Positions 37,027-50,075 of a stretch of DNA of 64,000 bases are shown one piece after another. Both the position numbers and the translations under genes were made by a program. Below the pieces are notes generated by a model. That model was given only the letters and a program-made list of their open reading frames with translations. It ran no database searches and had not been told where the DNA came from. The first letter of the stretch is position 1; every line of letters begins with the position of its first letter. The stretch lies in NCBI GenBank assembly GCA_002633005.1, contig NMRA01000352.1:96836-160835 (forward strand). The letters are read 5' to 3'. This stretch comes from Phoronis australis (lineage: Eukaryota > Animalia > Phoronida).

Positions 37027-39118
37027 AAGGAAAAATAAAATAAACTAGAGTAGTGATGATACTTTTGGGCCACCGTATAACAGTCAGTTTTTATTCAATT
37101 GAAAACTGTTTTGATAAGACTATTTTCCAAATGATAAACAGTGGGGGACGCTCCTGCAGTTGATGTGGTTATTACCATATACATGACATGAGATGAATGT
37201 TTCTTTGGTGATGGCAAGTCAACAAATATGTATTTTTCAACACAAAGTTGCTCGTAGTTAGGCGTTATCAAGTCATTGCAAAACGTTTCTCTGTGAAAAG
37301 CAGTGTCTTTTGGGACCTGGAAAATGTATAATTCTTGTTACTGAGATCTTTTGGTAGTTCTTCTTGTGTTATAGTTTTGATATAATATACATTGTGGTCG
37401 AAACGGGAGTTTGATAAAAGACAACTATGGAAAATGTAGTCAGGGATTCTACATGAAAATAAGATATAAGTAGCAACAACATGATGTATTTCTTTAGCAT
37501 AGCCAGATATGACATCATCTTAAAATCAGAAAGTTCAGACTAGAGCAAACCAAGTTGACTTTGTACTGACTGAAGTAATCGCTTAAAAGCACATTCAGCA
37601 AATTTTAAAAACGATTTATCTTGGCTTGTGTTTTTGGAGTATGTGTCAATACTGCATGCTTTGAACTTTCACAAGTTTGACATGTTTAAACTGTCCAGAC
37701 TGAGTGAATTTCAGTAATTGGTCACTGAGGCTAACTTCATTTTAATTTAACTTGAAGTTTGTTTTGATTTGACTATAGGACTTTAATTATACTTGGTTAC
37801 AATGTAAGATGACACGTGATTCTCCGCTATGTAGTTGATGATGAGAGAACATTTATCTCAGTTGGTTTTTGCTTTCCTTTCTTGTAATAGGTTCTGCAGA
37901 AAGTGGAGGATATTAGATTGCTCACCCTGTACTCTGGGAAAGCAACAACTTCCTGCATGTGTATCGATGCTTCACATCCTCGTTTTTTCGACCCAGTGAC
38001 TCACTTGGCCTGTACATTCTGTCCGTATGCGTGATCAGTCTGTAACACCAATAGAATGAGCTCTAGGTTTAATGATGAGAAAACTTTACAAACAATCCTG
38101 ACACTGTTTACAAACCTTATGAAATCTGTGGCACTTTCAGTTGTCACAAAACACTCTTCATTAGAGTACTACTGTGTCATCACCTTCTTCACTTATGATG
38201 TATGGCAAAGTGTCACAAAGACTTGCATGATCTTGATTTGTTGTGTTCACTGAATGTTGCTCAGATGTTTTGGGATTCCATGTCCTGTTTTTGCTTTCGC
38301 CTGTTGGAGCCTTGATGACACTTAAATACTTTTGAACCCACTATAAAGAATGACACTCCATCTAACTGGTTTTCCGGTGCCCATCATCTTCAAATCTGAC
38401 TGTATGGTTACTGTGGTTGTCTGAAAAAAAAGAACACACACTCAGATTGGTAACAGTTAAGTTGTTTACAGTAGTGGTAAATTTTCTGTTTTGCATTGGG
38501 TTATGATTAACTGTGAGTCAAATTAGAAGAAAATATTGTACACCATACAAATTCCATGTGTGTAACACCTTTGGGTTCTAACAGCAGGTGTAGTTTAACT
38601 TGGAAACAGAGATTTTAACGGTCTGGGACTGGGGCACTTTTGCAAAACTGTGTGGCTGCCGTCATGGGGCTACTAGCAATCAACACAAGTCAGTAAATTA
38701 ACTACGCATCAGCCCAAAAATGTGCATGTAAGAAAGCCCACTGTAAGAAAACAGTGTGCAGTTTTCGGTACATACAAAACAAAATCAAGAATATATATAG
38801 GTAAATAAAACCACAAGAATGGATCAACTGAAATTTTCGGATATAATAACGTCCTTCGTCAACAGAAACAGAAATAAAATAAAATCAAACAGTACATAAC
38901 AACTGACATTTAAGATGTGGCGTAATGAATATGGTACATTGTTGCGGAAATAATTAAATGATATAATTTAAGAAGTTTTTATGTTTAATCCATGAGGTTC
39001 TAGTGTATTGAGCTTGTCTATCCAACTTACCGTCACCGAGTTCACATGGGCCAAATTTCCAAGTGCTTTTGACAGCCGTGTAGCTGGTTGATGTCTCTAC
39101 TTCAAATTCTTTTCCTAG

Positions 39119-39604
39119 TGTAGCGGTGGTGTTGTATGCAGCGTTGTGTTTTATGTGTGTGTGGTGGATGACCACCGGTGTCGACCTCAGTGATGGATAG
39201 ATGCTCACTCGTTTTGAAGTTTGGATATTTAAAAAGCAGGAGTAAAAGGAGATTCGAATTGATTAAAAATTCATTCTAATTTATTGATGTCGAAAATTAC
39301 AAACAATAGTTATGAGAAAGAATTTATCAGAGATTATGAAGCAACCCTAAAACTTTTAGACAAAACTATAGTAGACTTACAAGATGTCACTCATGTTTTT
39401 AAGAGTCGGACTGGAGCGGGTTTCAAACCCCAGACAGCCCGCCAAAACTGCTTGTGCGCGGCTTTTTGTAACTAAACGAATGCACGTGAGGGTGAGTCCA
39501 TGACATGAGTGACGTAATGAAACACCCCTATTAGAAGAGTCAATTAATAAAATGGCACGAAACTGTAACTCTATAATTCACAAAGGGAGGGCGCGCCCGT
39601 CGCA
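39119..39604 (-). repeat. 3' LTR of a Gypsy element (486 bp)
   Basis: Minus strand reads TGCGAC..GCTACA, preceded by a purine-rich PPT (GAGGTTGGGGGAG) and containing AATAAA. The left end coincides with the break in homology to the paralog at ~42407. Confidence 0.7.
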
Positions 39605-39856
39605 CTCCCCCAACCTCAGATATAATGTAAATTATTTAACGTAGATCAAAATTATACAGTAGTGACAGTGAGCGACAACTTCAACTCGTGATAACAAGAT
39701 ATTCAAGATATTTTAAATGACATCAATAACTCTAGTAATTCACATACACAAAGACCTGACCGGTAGGATCATAATAAAATAGAAATAAAATATCTGCATA
39801 GAAAATCACAACAATTAACTCGGAAACGATTAACAACAACAATACCAACGTAAAAC

Positions 39857-40288
39857 TTAAACACCAGTAAATGCAACTAGAGTTCTCTCCCATTCCAACA
39901 ATCGGCCTACGTCCCCACCAAACTTCTCTAACTCCACATCTTTAAATGGTGCCCTCTCTCGATAGAGCTCACCCATCCTAGTCCGCCGCTTTGCTTCCCA
40001 CACCCTCCGCCAATGGTTCTTGTTGGCTACCTCTTCTTTCCGATAGGGTATTGCAGAGTGCTGCGCCTTCCTCTGGTGGCGACGGGTCTGGTTGGCCCTA
40101 GGAGACCTGAAACCGCATGAGCAAGTGTACAAAATAGTAGTGCGGCAGCATGTCACCTCGTGGTGGATAAGCTGCGAAACCTGTGTGAATTCTTTACTAC
40201 ACTCTCTGCATCCGTATTGCCTCAAACTCTTCTCTATGATCTCCTCGTACTCTCCAGCCTCTGGATGCAATTCTCTGCAATGACTCAT
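39857..40288 (-). CDS. Extra 143-aa ORF between pol and 3' LTR with two C2H2-like zinc fingers
   Basis: The ATG lies 10 nt after the pol stop. The ORF contains YGCRECSKEFTQVSQLIHHEVTC and YTCSCGFRSPRANQTRRHQRKAQH and is uninterrupted to TAA at 39857. Confidence 0.6.
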   Translation of the reverse strand: MSHCRELHPEAGEYEEIIEKSLRQYGCRECSKEFTQVSQLIHHEVTCCRTTILYTCSCGFRSPRANQTRRHQRKAQHSAIPYRKEEVANKNHWRRVWEAKRRTRMGELYRERAPFKDVELEKFGGDVGRLLEWERTLVAFTGV

Positions 40289-40298
40289 GTAAACTGAA

Positions 40299-40795
40299 TC
40301 AAGGGGACATAAATCGAGGCGGTTTCTTAATAACTTGACCTCTCCGGGATAGATAGACATTCCTGCCCACACTTGGGGGCTCAGTGGGAATGCAGCTATC
40401 CAGATTGTTCTCGGTTTCACCACCACATTGGTTATCGGTTTCCTCACTGGGAGGATCATTTGAGTCTAAATTTAAATTGCTAAAATGATTATTTGGTTGT
40501 CGCCAGTGTCGGACATCTGAGTTAAAACAGGGCTTAAGGTGGTCTACGTGAACCGTAATCAAGGGTCCGGATCTCTCAGCTTGAATTTTATACAAAAATT
40601 CAGTTATCTTTTTAATAACGAGATAGGGCCCTCTCCAACCCAACCCTAATTTCTGATTAGCAGTGGGTGGATACCAACGAAAGACCAAATCACCCTCTTT
40701 AAACGCTCTGAGTTTAAGTTTAGAATCATAATATGACTTTTGCCTGGACGCACTTGCTTTTATTTTCTCACGAGCAAACTCATGTGTAAACATCA
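40299..40795 (-). mobile_element. Gypsy integrase C-terminal fragment (5'-truncated)
   Basis: HEFAREKIKASASRQKSYYDSK..FKEGDLV..KLGLGWRGPYLVIKKI..YKIQ..VHVDHLKP..SRRGQVIKKPPRF is a GPY/F module and SH3-like integrase tail. Confidence 0.85.
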
Positions 40796-43619
40796 ATGTG
40801 AACATGCTATGCTATATTTAAGTTGATGTTAGCAATTAACCATGCTTCTGTTTTTTCTTATTTCTGGTTAAGAATACAATATATCATACTCAGTGTTTGG
40901 GTGAAAATTTGCATTAGCTTATTCCTTGTATTTCATCTTTTCATCCAGTGAAAGTTTTTCCATTCTTTACCCCACTGCTTGAACCTACCAGTCCCAACTT
41001 GATGACTTTGGAAAATGTAGTCAGGGATTCTACATGAAAATCAGGTATGAGTAGCCACATGATGTATTCAGATATGACATCATCTTAAAATCAGAAAGTT
41101 CAGACTGGAGCAAACTAAGTTTGTACTGACTGAAGTAATCGCTTAAAAGCACATTCAGCAAATTTTTAAAAACGATTTATCCTTGCTTGTGTTTTTGGAG
41201 TATGTGTCAATACTGCATGCTATGAACTTTCACAAGTTTGACATGTTTAAATTGTCCAGACTGAGTGAATTTCAGTAATTGGTCATTGAGGCTTACTTCA
41301 TTTTAATGTATGCGTGATAAGTCTGTAATACCAATAGGATGAGCTCTAGGTTTAATGATGATAAAACATTACAAACAATACTGACACAGTTTACAAACCT
41401 TATGAAAACTGCGGCACTTTCAGTTGTCCCAAAACACTCTTCATTAGAGTACTACTGTGTCATCACCTTCTTCACTTATGATGTATGGCAAAGTGTCACA
41501 AAGACTTGCATGATCTTGATTTGTTTTGTTCACTGAATGTTGCTCAGATGTTTCGGGATTCCATGTCCTGTTTTTGCTTTCGCCTGTTGGAGCCTTGATG
41601 ACACTCCAATACTTTTGAACCCACTATAAAGAATGACACTCCATCTAACTGGTTTTCCGGTGCCCATCATCTTCAAATCTGACTGTATGGTTACTGACAG
41701 TGGTTGTCTGAAAGAAAGGAACACACACTCAGATTGGTAACAGTTTAGTTGTTTACAGTAGTGGTAAATTTTCTGTTTTGCATTGGGTTATGATTAACTG
41801 TGAGGCAAACTAGAAGAAAATATCGTACACCATACAAATTCCATGTGTGTAACATCTTTGGGTTCTGACAGCAGGTGTAGTTTAACTTGGAAACGGGGAG
41901 ATTTTAACGGTGTGCGACTGGGGCACTTTTGCAAAACTGTGTGTCTGCCGTCATGGGGCTACTAGCAATCAACACAAGTCAGTACATTAACTACTCATCA
42001 GCCCAAAAATGTGTATGTAAGAAAGCCCACTGTAACAAAACAGTGTGCAGTTTACGTTACATACAAAACAAAATCAAAAATATATATAGGTAAATAAAAC
42101 AACAAGACTGGATCAACTGAAATTTTCGGATATAATAACGTCCTTCGTCAACAGAAACAGAAATAAAGTAAAATCAAACATTATATGACAATTGACATTT
42201 AAGATGTGGCGTAATGAATATGATACATTGTTGCCGAAAAAATTAAGTGATATAATTTAAGAAGTTGTTATGTTTAATCCATGAGGTTCTAGTGTATTGA
42301 GCTTGTGTATCCAACTTACCGTCACCGAGTTCACATGGGCCAATTTCCAAGTGCTCTTGACAGCCGTGTAGCTGGTTGATGTCTCTACTTCAAAGTCTTT
42401 TACTAGATTTAATGCTGCTTGGTAATTTTCTACAAAGCCATGAAAATCACCCCAGTAGTTTTTGAAATATTTTACCCACTCTTTCTTAAGATTCATCATC
42501 ACATTCCATTGCACAAATAAATCTTAAAGTCCAGCTGATCGAATCTTGGAAACTGCTGGCTTTTGTCTTTCGTATCTTCTTGGTAAAAGAGTGTCTAGGA
42601 ATCCCACGCAGTCCAAAAATAGAATCATGATTTTCAGCCACAGATGTCATTGTTACATACCTGGATTGGCTCGTTGACATTGTTCCGCTCCCTATTTACA
42701 ATCATTTTTGACAGCTCCACCTAGTGGTAATCACTCTTATGTAAGAAAGCGACTATAATAATTGTGATCGTAAATCAAATAGGTACTTAAAAATCAGCAC
42801 AAGCACGAACACACATGGATGTACGTTGTAAGATGATTTAAATGCTACTAATATAACAATTGTAACAAATATACTTACAACAATGACGCAACACCCGCAC
42901 CCTGTGCGTCTGCCATGTTGTCTTGTCCGGCACTATTCAGTCTCGAATGGCCTTTGACAGAGTTTCTGCACGTTTACAAGGTGGCCATTACACCTTTGTC
43001 TGATTCAGAAGCCACGTAAAAGGTATGAGTTGTACTCATTTGTCTCTACAAACTCTACAATACTGCTGGGTTGCCACGTTTCTGAAACAAGTAAAGGAAG
43101 ATTACTATCAAAATAAATTCACGTGACACATAAAATTGACTTTAAAATGTTTGGTCTTTTGATACCATAACCTATAAAACAGTCGAAAGACAGTAATGTC
43201 TGACATTGCTCCAAGCTTGAAATAAAACCAACTGAGATGAAGTACATCTTTTTGAAACCAAGGAAATCCCGTTTTTTATCCTCTCAGCAATGCCATGTCA
43301 GGTTATTTTGACTCCACATAACTGTTTTACAAACACCAATTTAACATGGGCAGAGATGTTGCTGGTTTTAACCATGTAAATGCAGTAACCCAATGAACTA
43401 TATTTGGTGATGTGACCACCTTGCTATCACACCATCAGCTTGTATTCACCCACTCTTTTAAAAATATTTATTAATGACTTTATAGTTTATGGCGAAAAAT
43501 ATGTGCTTAAATCAACTACTAATTACCAGTACATTTCACATTTACTGAATTATTAAGTGGAAATATAATTTGAACTTCTTTGTATGGTAGCAAAACATTT
43601 TTAGCACTGATGTCCTACT

Positions 43620-45545
43620 TCACTGTCAATTAACACATTCTGACTTTGTGCCAACTCGAACACAGTTATTGGGTGATTTTATGCCGATGAAGAAAGAATC
43701 TAGCTTGGCTTTGTGGAACTGGGTGAATGGATGTGACAAGTTCACAGTTGTTCTTCAAACAATTCCACACTGTTTTGTCATTGCAGGGCAATATTCAACT
43801 TTTCTTTCAATCTAAGAGCAGCTTGCTGCAATTCATCGCTTGGTGTCCAAATGAGCTTTTTAAGTTTGTTTAGATAATTTTCAAATGGAAATGCTGAAAA
43901 ATTGTCCAATTTTCCATGTGTTCTAACATCTGGTAAATGAACCATTGCATGTATGTTGGATGTCACACAGTGATTTTCATACAGTCGAGCAAAACCTTCA
44001 ACAAAATGTACAAGCAGTTGGTGTGAATATTCTATGCTTTGATTATTCGCAGTTGAGAGGGCTAACAAATGTATAGCCACAGAAAGTAATTAACAAAATT
44101 TGAGTACAGCTCCCTGTCTGCCTGGTTTTAAAGCAACAATTCCGGTGTATGATAGAAATAGCTGATACTCAGTTGCTTTCCAATGTTCAAACTCAAAAAC
44201 TGACCTCCATTTGCTAGCAAATTCACGTAACGTCACAGAAATCTGTACTTTCATTCTTAGTCCAAAGTGCCAAGTAAGAGGACCTTTAATTCAAAGATGG
44301 AGTAATCTTATAACAAATCCAGGTAGTTTCATATAGTCTAGTGGAAATAAGGAAATGCCTCTAACCTGTCTTTAAGCATTTGGAAAAAGTCACGGTCAAA
44401 CAGTATTCTTTTTATGTAGTAGTCACTTTCACACTATATTGTGAAATCGCACCAAGGGCCCTGGTAAGACCCATCTGACCAATCTCTTGAATATAATATG
44501 TTTGGTTTCTCTTCAATTTGTAGTGACCATTACGTGGTAATTATTCCAAATAATTACGGTGTTGGAAATTTTTGAAAAGAGGACCATTGGCCTATGTTTG
44601 TCGGAAGACAAACTATGTTTGTCGGAAGACAAACATTTTATGATGCTTCTAGCAAAAATATTTATCATGGTTATTTTACGAAAACTGTTTTCTAAGTATG
44701 CAAAAAATTTCGAGAATCAATGCAATACGGTATGTTCAACTTGGTTAAATTATTTATTTCCAATTGTACATAGGACTGAAAATTAAATTCACTTGGTTTC
44801 ATTTCCACCCAATTCACTGAATACAGCCTACCAGTAATTATTTGCTTAAAGCAAAAATCAAAACAAATGANAAACCTTCAACAAAATGTACAAACAGTTG
44901 GTGTGAATATTCTATGCTTTGATTATTTGCAATTGAGAGGGCTAACAAATGTATAGCCACAGAAAGTAATTAACAAAATTTGAGTACAGCTCCCTGTCTG
45001 CCTGGTGTTTTAAAGCAACAATTCCGGTGTATGATAGAAATAGCTGATACTCAGTTGCTTTCCAATGTTCAAACTCAAAAACTGACCTCCATTTGCTAGC
45101 AAATTCACGTAACGTCACAGAAATCTGTACTTTCATTCTTAGTCCAAAGCGCCAAGTAAGAGGACCTTTAATCCAAAGATGGAGTAATCTTATAACAAAT
45201 CCAGCTAGTTGCATATAGTCTAGTGAAAATAAGGAAACCATTCCAAGAGACAATTTCCGCATTGGATTCACTCCAGTTGTGATGCTCAGCATCTTCCATT
45301 TCATTGAAAGATAGGTCAGTCCTTTTTCTGGCATTGACGTTCATACATGTCATGCGATTCTCTTTCCTTTCCACATTCACAGTACACTTATCACACCCAG
45401 CTTTGCCTGCATGGGACTTCACATTTTTGACAAAAGCTTCCGCAGGGACATTACAAAGTTCGAAACTACTTTGAGGTACTGAACATCAAACGCAAATTCC
45501 TGATCTTGAATTTGAAACATTCCGTCAACTAATTCCTTCAAAAAT
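43620..45545 (-). mobile_element. EnSpm/CACTA-like (CMC) transposase relic, duplicated across N
   Basis: KSHAGKAGCDKC, LDYMQL, WKATEYQLFLSYTGIVAL and FVEGFARLYENHCVTSNIHAMVHLPDVRTHGKLDNFSAFPFENYLNKLKKLI match animal EnSpm-type motifs (K.H.GY..C..C, DYMH, WKATE.R.FLLY.G, SYNVH.L.HL..DV...G.LD.FSAF.FENYL). Multiple frameshifts. Confidence 0.75.
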
Positions 45546-46253
45546 TCCTCGGCACTCTGGTTTCTGCTTATGAAAAAGACCAATGACAAAGGATTCCTAA
45601 TGTATTTTGCTTAATGAATCTGAAGTGGGCCATATCATCAAACTTTACCGTAATCAGCATAGGCTGTTTAGAATTTTCATTTAAGAGAACACAATCCTTA
45701 GAGTTTTTACAGATATTCTTTAGATGATGATTAAAAAATGCCTCTAACCTGTCTTTAAGCATTTGGAAAAAGTCACGGTCAAACAGTATTCTTTTTATGT
45801 AGTAGTCACTTTCACACTATATTGTGAAATCGCACCAAGGGCCCTGGTAAGACCCATCTGACCAATCTCTTGAATATAATATGTTTGGTTTCTCTTCAAT
45901 TTGTAGTGACCATTACGTGGTAATTATTCCAAATAATTACGGTGTTGGAAATTTTTGAAAAGAGGACCATTGGCCTATGTTTGTCGGAAGACAAACTATG
46001 TTTGTCGGAAGACAAACATTTTATGATGCTTCTAGCAAAAATATTTATCATGGTTATTTTACGAAAACTGTTTTCTAAGTATGCAAAAAATTTCGAGAAT
46101 CAATGCAATACGGTATGTTCAACTTGGTTAAATTATTTATTTCCAATTGTACATAGGACTGAAAATTAAATTCACTTGGTTTCATTTCCACCCAATTCAC
46201 TGAATACAGCCTACCAGTAATTATTTGCTTAAAGCAAAAATCAAAACAAATGA
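43992..46253. repeat. Near-identical duplication (43992-44870 / 44872-46253) across N at 44871; probable haplotype-overlap artefact
   Basis: Identical ORFs at 44559-44786 and 45942-46169. Copy 1 lacks ~500 bp (45238-45737) that is present in copy 2. Confidence 0.85.
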
Positions 46254-47618
46254 GTTAATGCTCTTCTTGAACCTTTAAACCTTTTTCATCTGTCGAGAAT
46301 GTTGCCTTGACTCCTGTGTCTGTCTCCTGTTTACTGAATGGTTAAAACAAACATGTAAATTTTCTTGTGGACAAAATAATGGCATTTTGTTCTTTTGATA
46401 AACATTCAGTGAGAGAACTGTACTGTAAGTTTGTTGATCATATTAACAAGAAATCAAAATTTCCAAAATAATGTTCCTGAACTTTGTTAGGTTACGTCCT
46501 CAAGACGGGAAATTGTGATACTTGACGATAGTTTGTTGCAACTAATGTACTTGTATACTGTATTGTTTATTGTTTCGTGTAAATTGTAAATACTCATGCT
46601 AGAGAAAATAAAAAAAAATAATGTGAAAGACTTAATGTTAGTGTTTACTTGAAAACCAACGAATTTTTACTTTAAGACTCCCAGGAGCCTCAAGAGGTTA
46701 TGGAAGTCATGCAGGGGCTGAGTCTTTACCCTGTGACAAATGCTAGTTATTCCAGTGTTCTTAACATTTCCCTTCACAAGGCCCAAGTGTTGAATTCTGT
46801 ACGAGGGAACTTCACTGACCAAGTGTAGTTCCTTCTGTGAACACACTTGTAGAAGGTAATTTGGATACAGAGCAACGTACGTTGACACATCTTAATAATT
46901 TATTTTCCTAGATACTAAGTACATAGGCCTTCAACAGATCGTTATGGAACGTAATACATCCACTCCTTAAGTAGTCACGATCAGTAAAAACAGCCGCAAG
47001 GAAGTGCCACCCTTCAATCAAATTTGATTGGCACCCTCGATTAGCACAATAGCTGTTATGATGTCTACTAGTCCACTTCTTAACACTTTAAAGCTATGTC
47101 ATCATCATCATTGAACACTCACTCCATGAGAGTTGTTACCACAACACATTCTGGCAATTCAAAAACGTCCATATGAAAACACTTCTACTAAACAAACAAT
47201 GTGCAAAAAGTTTTCACCACAAACTGCGCAATAAGACAAAATCTTCAGATTAGATCAAAAGCATGCAGGATTTTTTATTCCAATTGCTTGCCCCTTGGAA
47301 TGTATTTAGTGTAATTTTCCGACTTTATATATCACTACTAAGCTGTTGTCTACAACACATTCAAATGCTATAATTGAGCATTAACTGAAGCATGGGAACC
47401 ATTTACTTAGAGATGGAACAACTGAACTACAGCCTAATACACAATCTTCAATCCTACCCACTGTAAAACACCATTTTCATGTCCCAAAATCACACCAGTA
47501 AAGTGGAGGCTCATGGGAACATGAGCCCTCATCTCAAACATTCAGAAGCCATCGTTACACAACACTCCACTTGGATCATACTTTGTGGCCTCCAACAGGA
47601 ATGATATCCCCTACCAAT

Positions 47619-47882
47619 CAGGGCTCGGAATGACCAAAGACATAAAAGAAAAAATTTCCAAGTGATGCATTGTTCCACAAATATTAGGTTTGTGTGATAC
47701 ATATTTTTGTGTTATTAAATTTAACTGAAATAAAAAGTTTTTGCATGTTTGAATAAAGCCAAAATGATGATAAAATATACGAGAAAAGAGGAAATTGGAA
47801 ATCAAATAAGAGGAAACCGAAACCTCCTTGCTGTAACCAAAAAAGAGCAAATCCTCTAAAAAGAAGAAAATTCCAAGCCCTG
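47619..47882. mobile_element. MITE with CAGGGCT(C/T)GGAA TIRs (copy 2, inverted relative to 2393-2636)
   Basis: CAGGGCTCGGAAT...ATTCCAAGCCCTG termini. The internal TTTCCTCTT-rich sequence is homologous to copy 1. Confidence 0.7.
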
Positions 47883-50075
47883 TACAATCAATGCTTTCAC
47901 AAATAACTACTGTATACTACAAGACGGTATCACCACCTACAATCTATTAAAACAATAGCACAGTACAAATCAAATCACGGCTTTGCCAACTAATAATGAA
48001 ATTGGTATCCCCACTGCAGACTCCCAAGAGTGTCCACATGCAGGGAATACTTTTGAAGCAGCTGTAACCCTGCCTTCCGGACATACAGCAAATTTCGATT
48101 TATACCACTTATGACATCAGTCTCAACTTGTTCTTTAGCCTAAGTAAGTGACAGTGATTTCCAGGTAGTTATTGTTTAAGATAAGGTTCTACAAACTGAC
48201 ATGTTACGGGGCGTCATCGAGCAGACTTCCTCCCAACTGGCCGAGTTAAATGATGGTGGCCGACATCTGAAGGCCGGTATCACATATGGCCATGCTGCTA
48301 AAAGCCACAACAAGAGCTGTGCCCGTGTAGTTGAACAATCAGCCCTAGAGTTCTGCTCCTTCTGCTGTCACTGGGATGGTCTGGGGTGGGGAATAATGCA
48401 CAAAAGTATCCCCAGTCATCCTGTTTCTGACAGGAATTATTATTATCATTATGGTGTGTCATTTTAGTTACCAAGCATAGTATTGAGCAAAGACAAACTG
48501 TTCTTTACACGACCAAAAATCACAAGCTGAGACCAATTTCACAGTGGTACTAGTGGTCCAAATCAAATGTTTCTTCAACGGAACATTGGTTTATTGCCAC
48601 TTTAAGTACTAAGGGCTGTACACTGGAAAATGCTTTTCAATTCATCAAACAAAATGCCAGTCATATCGAATTTGACAAATTTTAAACAAATGCTGAGAAA
48701 AAAAATCATTATTAGCATACCTTGTACCATCAAACAAAACTTTGGTAAAATTTTTAGCATTTTAACATTGTGACTAGTCCTTGACAAATTGCAACTCTTT
48801 AATTTTTGTGCGAGACTGAAGAGAGATTCGTGCTCAATTATCAATACAATCCAATATCTAGGTTTTGTTGTTGATTCAACAACAAAAGCTGAATGCTGAT
48901 TACCCCAATTTTCCAGTTCGACTGAGTGGGGTCAGGGCTTTGAACCTTTGCACCACCGCACACACGATTTCATAATTTGACGTGCTCATTTCTCAATTTG
49001 GTTCCCTAGGAATTTTGCCAGGTTGCAATAGGCGAGTTGACATGCAAAAAGTCGAGCCAAAAAAGCTCCCGATCATTCTAGTCATTGGAACACCACTCAG
49101 TTGGTGTGATCAGTTAAGCATCACTCAAAATTTTAGTTAGATATTGCGAAAGCCACCGTCACAGTGTCTTTAACTGTTGTACCACGGGCACATTAAAATC
49201 TCACATACAATGCCAATTTAATCTGTTGAAGACATCAATTCTTTACCTGAATTTTCCTAGGATTGGTAAGAAAACCAGTAATTTTGCTAATGGTATTTTA
49301 ATGGTATTGGCAATTACTCTTGATTAATTGGCGTGTGGGACTGAGCCTTTAGTATGGGTGTGCAACCCTATACCAAATGCAACTGAGTTTAACATTCTCT
49401 GTAGTATCAAATTACAAAAATGACGTCAATAAAATAGAGAGGTGAAATGCGAATCTTATGTAAAAATTCTTTGATCAAGGAGACTTTTAAAAAATGCTGC
49501 AAAATTTTAAGCCTTCTAAGGCTTGTTTCTAATGAGATACAGACAAAAATATGTATTTTATACAACACCAAATGGGTAAAATCATTGATTGAACGATTCA
49601 CAAAGCATTTTGTCAAATTTCACACAATCATCAAAAAATTATGCCCATTGACTTTACATTCTAGGCGAAACAAATTCTCAAATCTCCCCATCATCTCCAG
49701 ATCTCTCAACTGGACAGGCGCTGCCAATTTTTGTTCACTTTGAATAGATTCGGACTACTCTACGACTCACGACAGCCTAAAGATACAAAACCTCGTTCAC
49801 ATCCTTAAAATCACTGTTAAATAGGACAGAAGTCAGTTTTGGTGATCAAACATAAAAAAATACCATTTTAGTCACGGAAAATCCCTTCACCCATTTTACG
49901 TTAAGAATCACCGAAGAATGAGTGTGTGAATGTATGGGTGTCTATTTAAGAGTGTGTAAGATAGCAACACACCCTCCATCAGGACAATCGCAGTAAAATT
50001 TTGATGAAGCCGTAGTTAACCCCAACACGCGTGCGTTCAGATCCAGTCGTTACATTGCCTGATACAGTTCGGAGA

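Larger units (their letters stand above)
35492..37077 (-). mobile_element. IS3EU-like DNA transposon (one end visible)
   Basis: Transposase ORF 35652-36641 plus a frameshifted tail. The minus-strand terminus TACGGTGGCCC at 37077 fits the TAYGG end recalled for IS3EU. Subterminal tandem repeats are present. The second TIR was not found. Confidence 0.7.
33229..42407. repeat. Local segmental duplication: 33229-33820 ~ 40797-41000 and 37424-39118 ~ 41005-42407
   Basis: Colinear near-identical blocks, e.g. ORFs 38056-38253 and 41339-41536 are paralogous. No N lies at the junctions and the copies differ by independent insertions. A related segment recurs at ~63820-64000. Confidence 0.8.
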
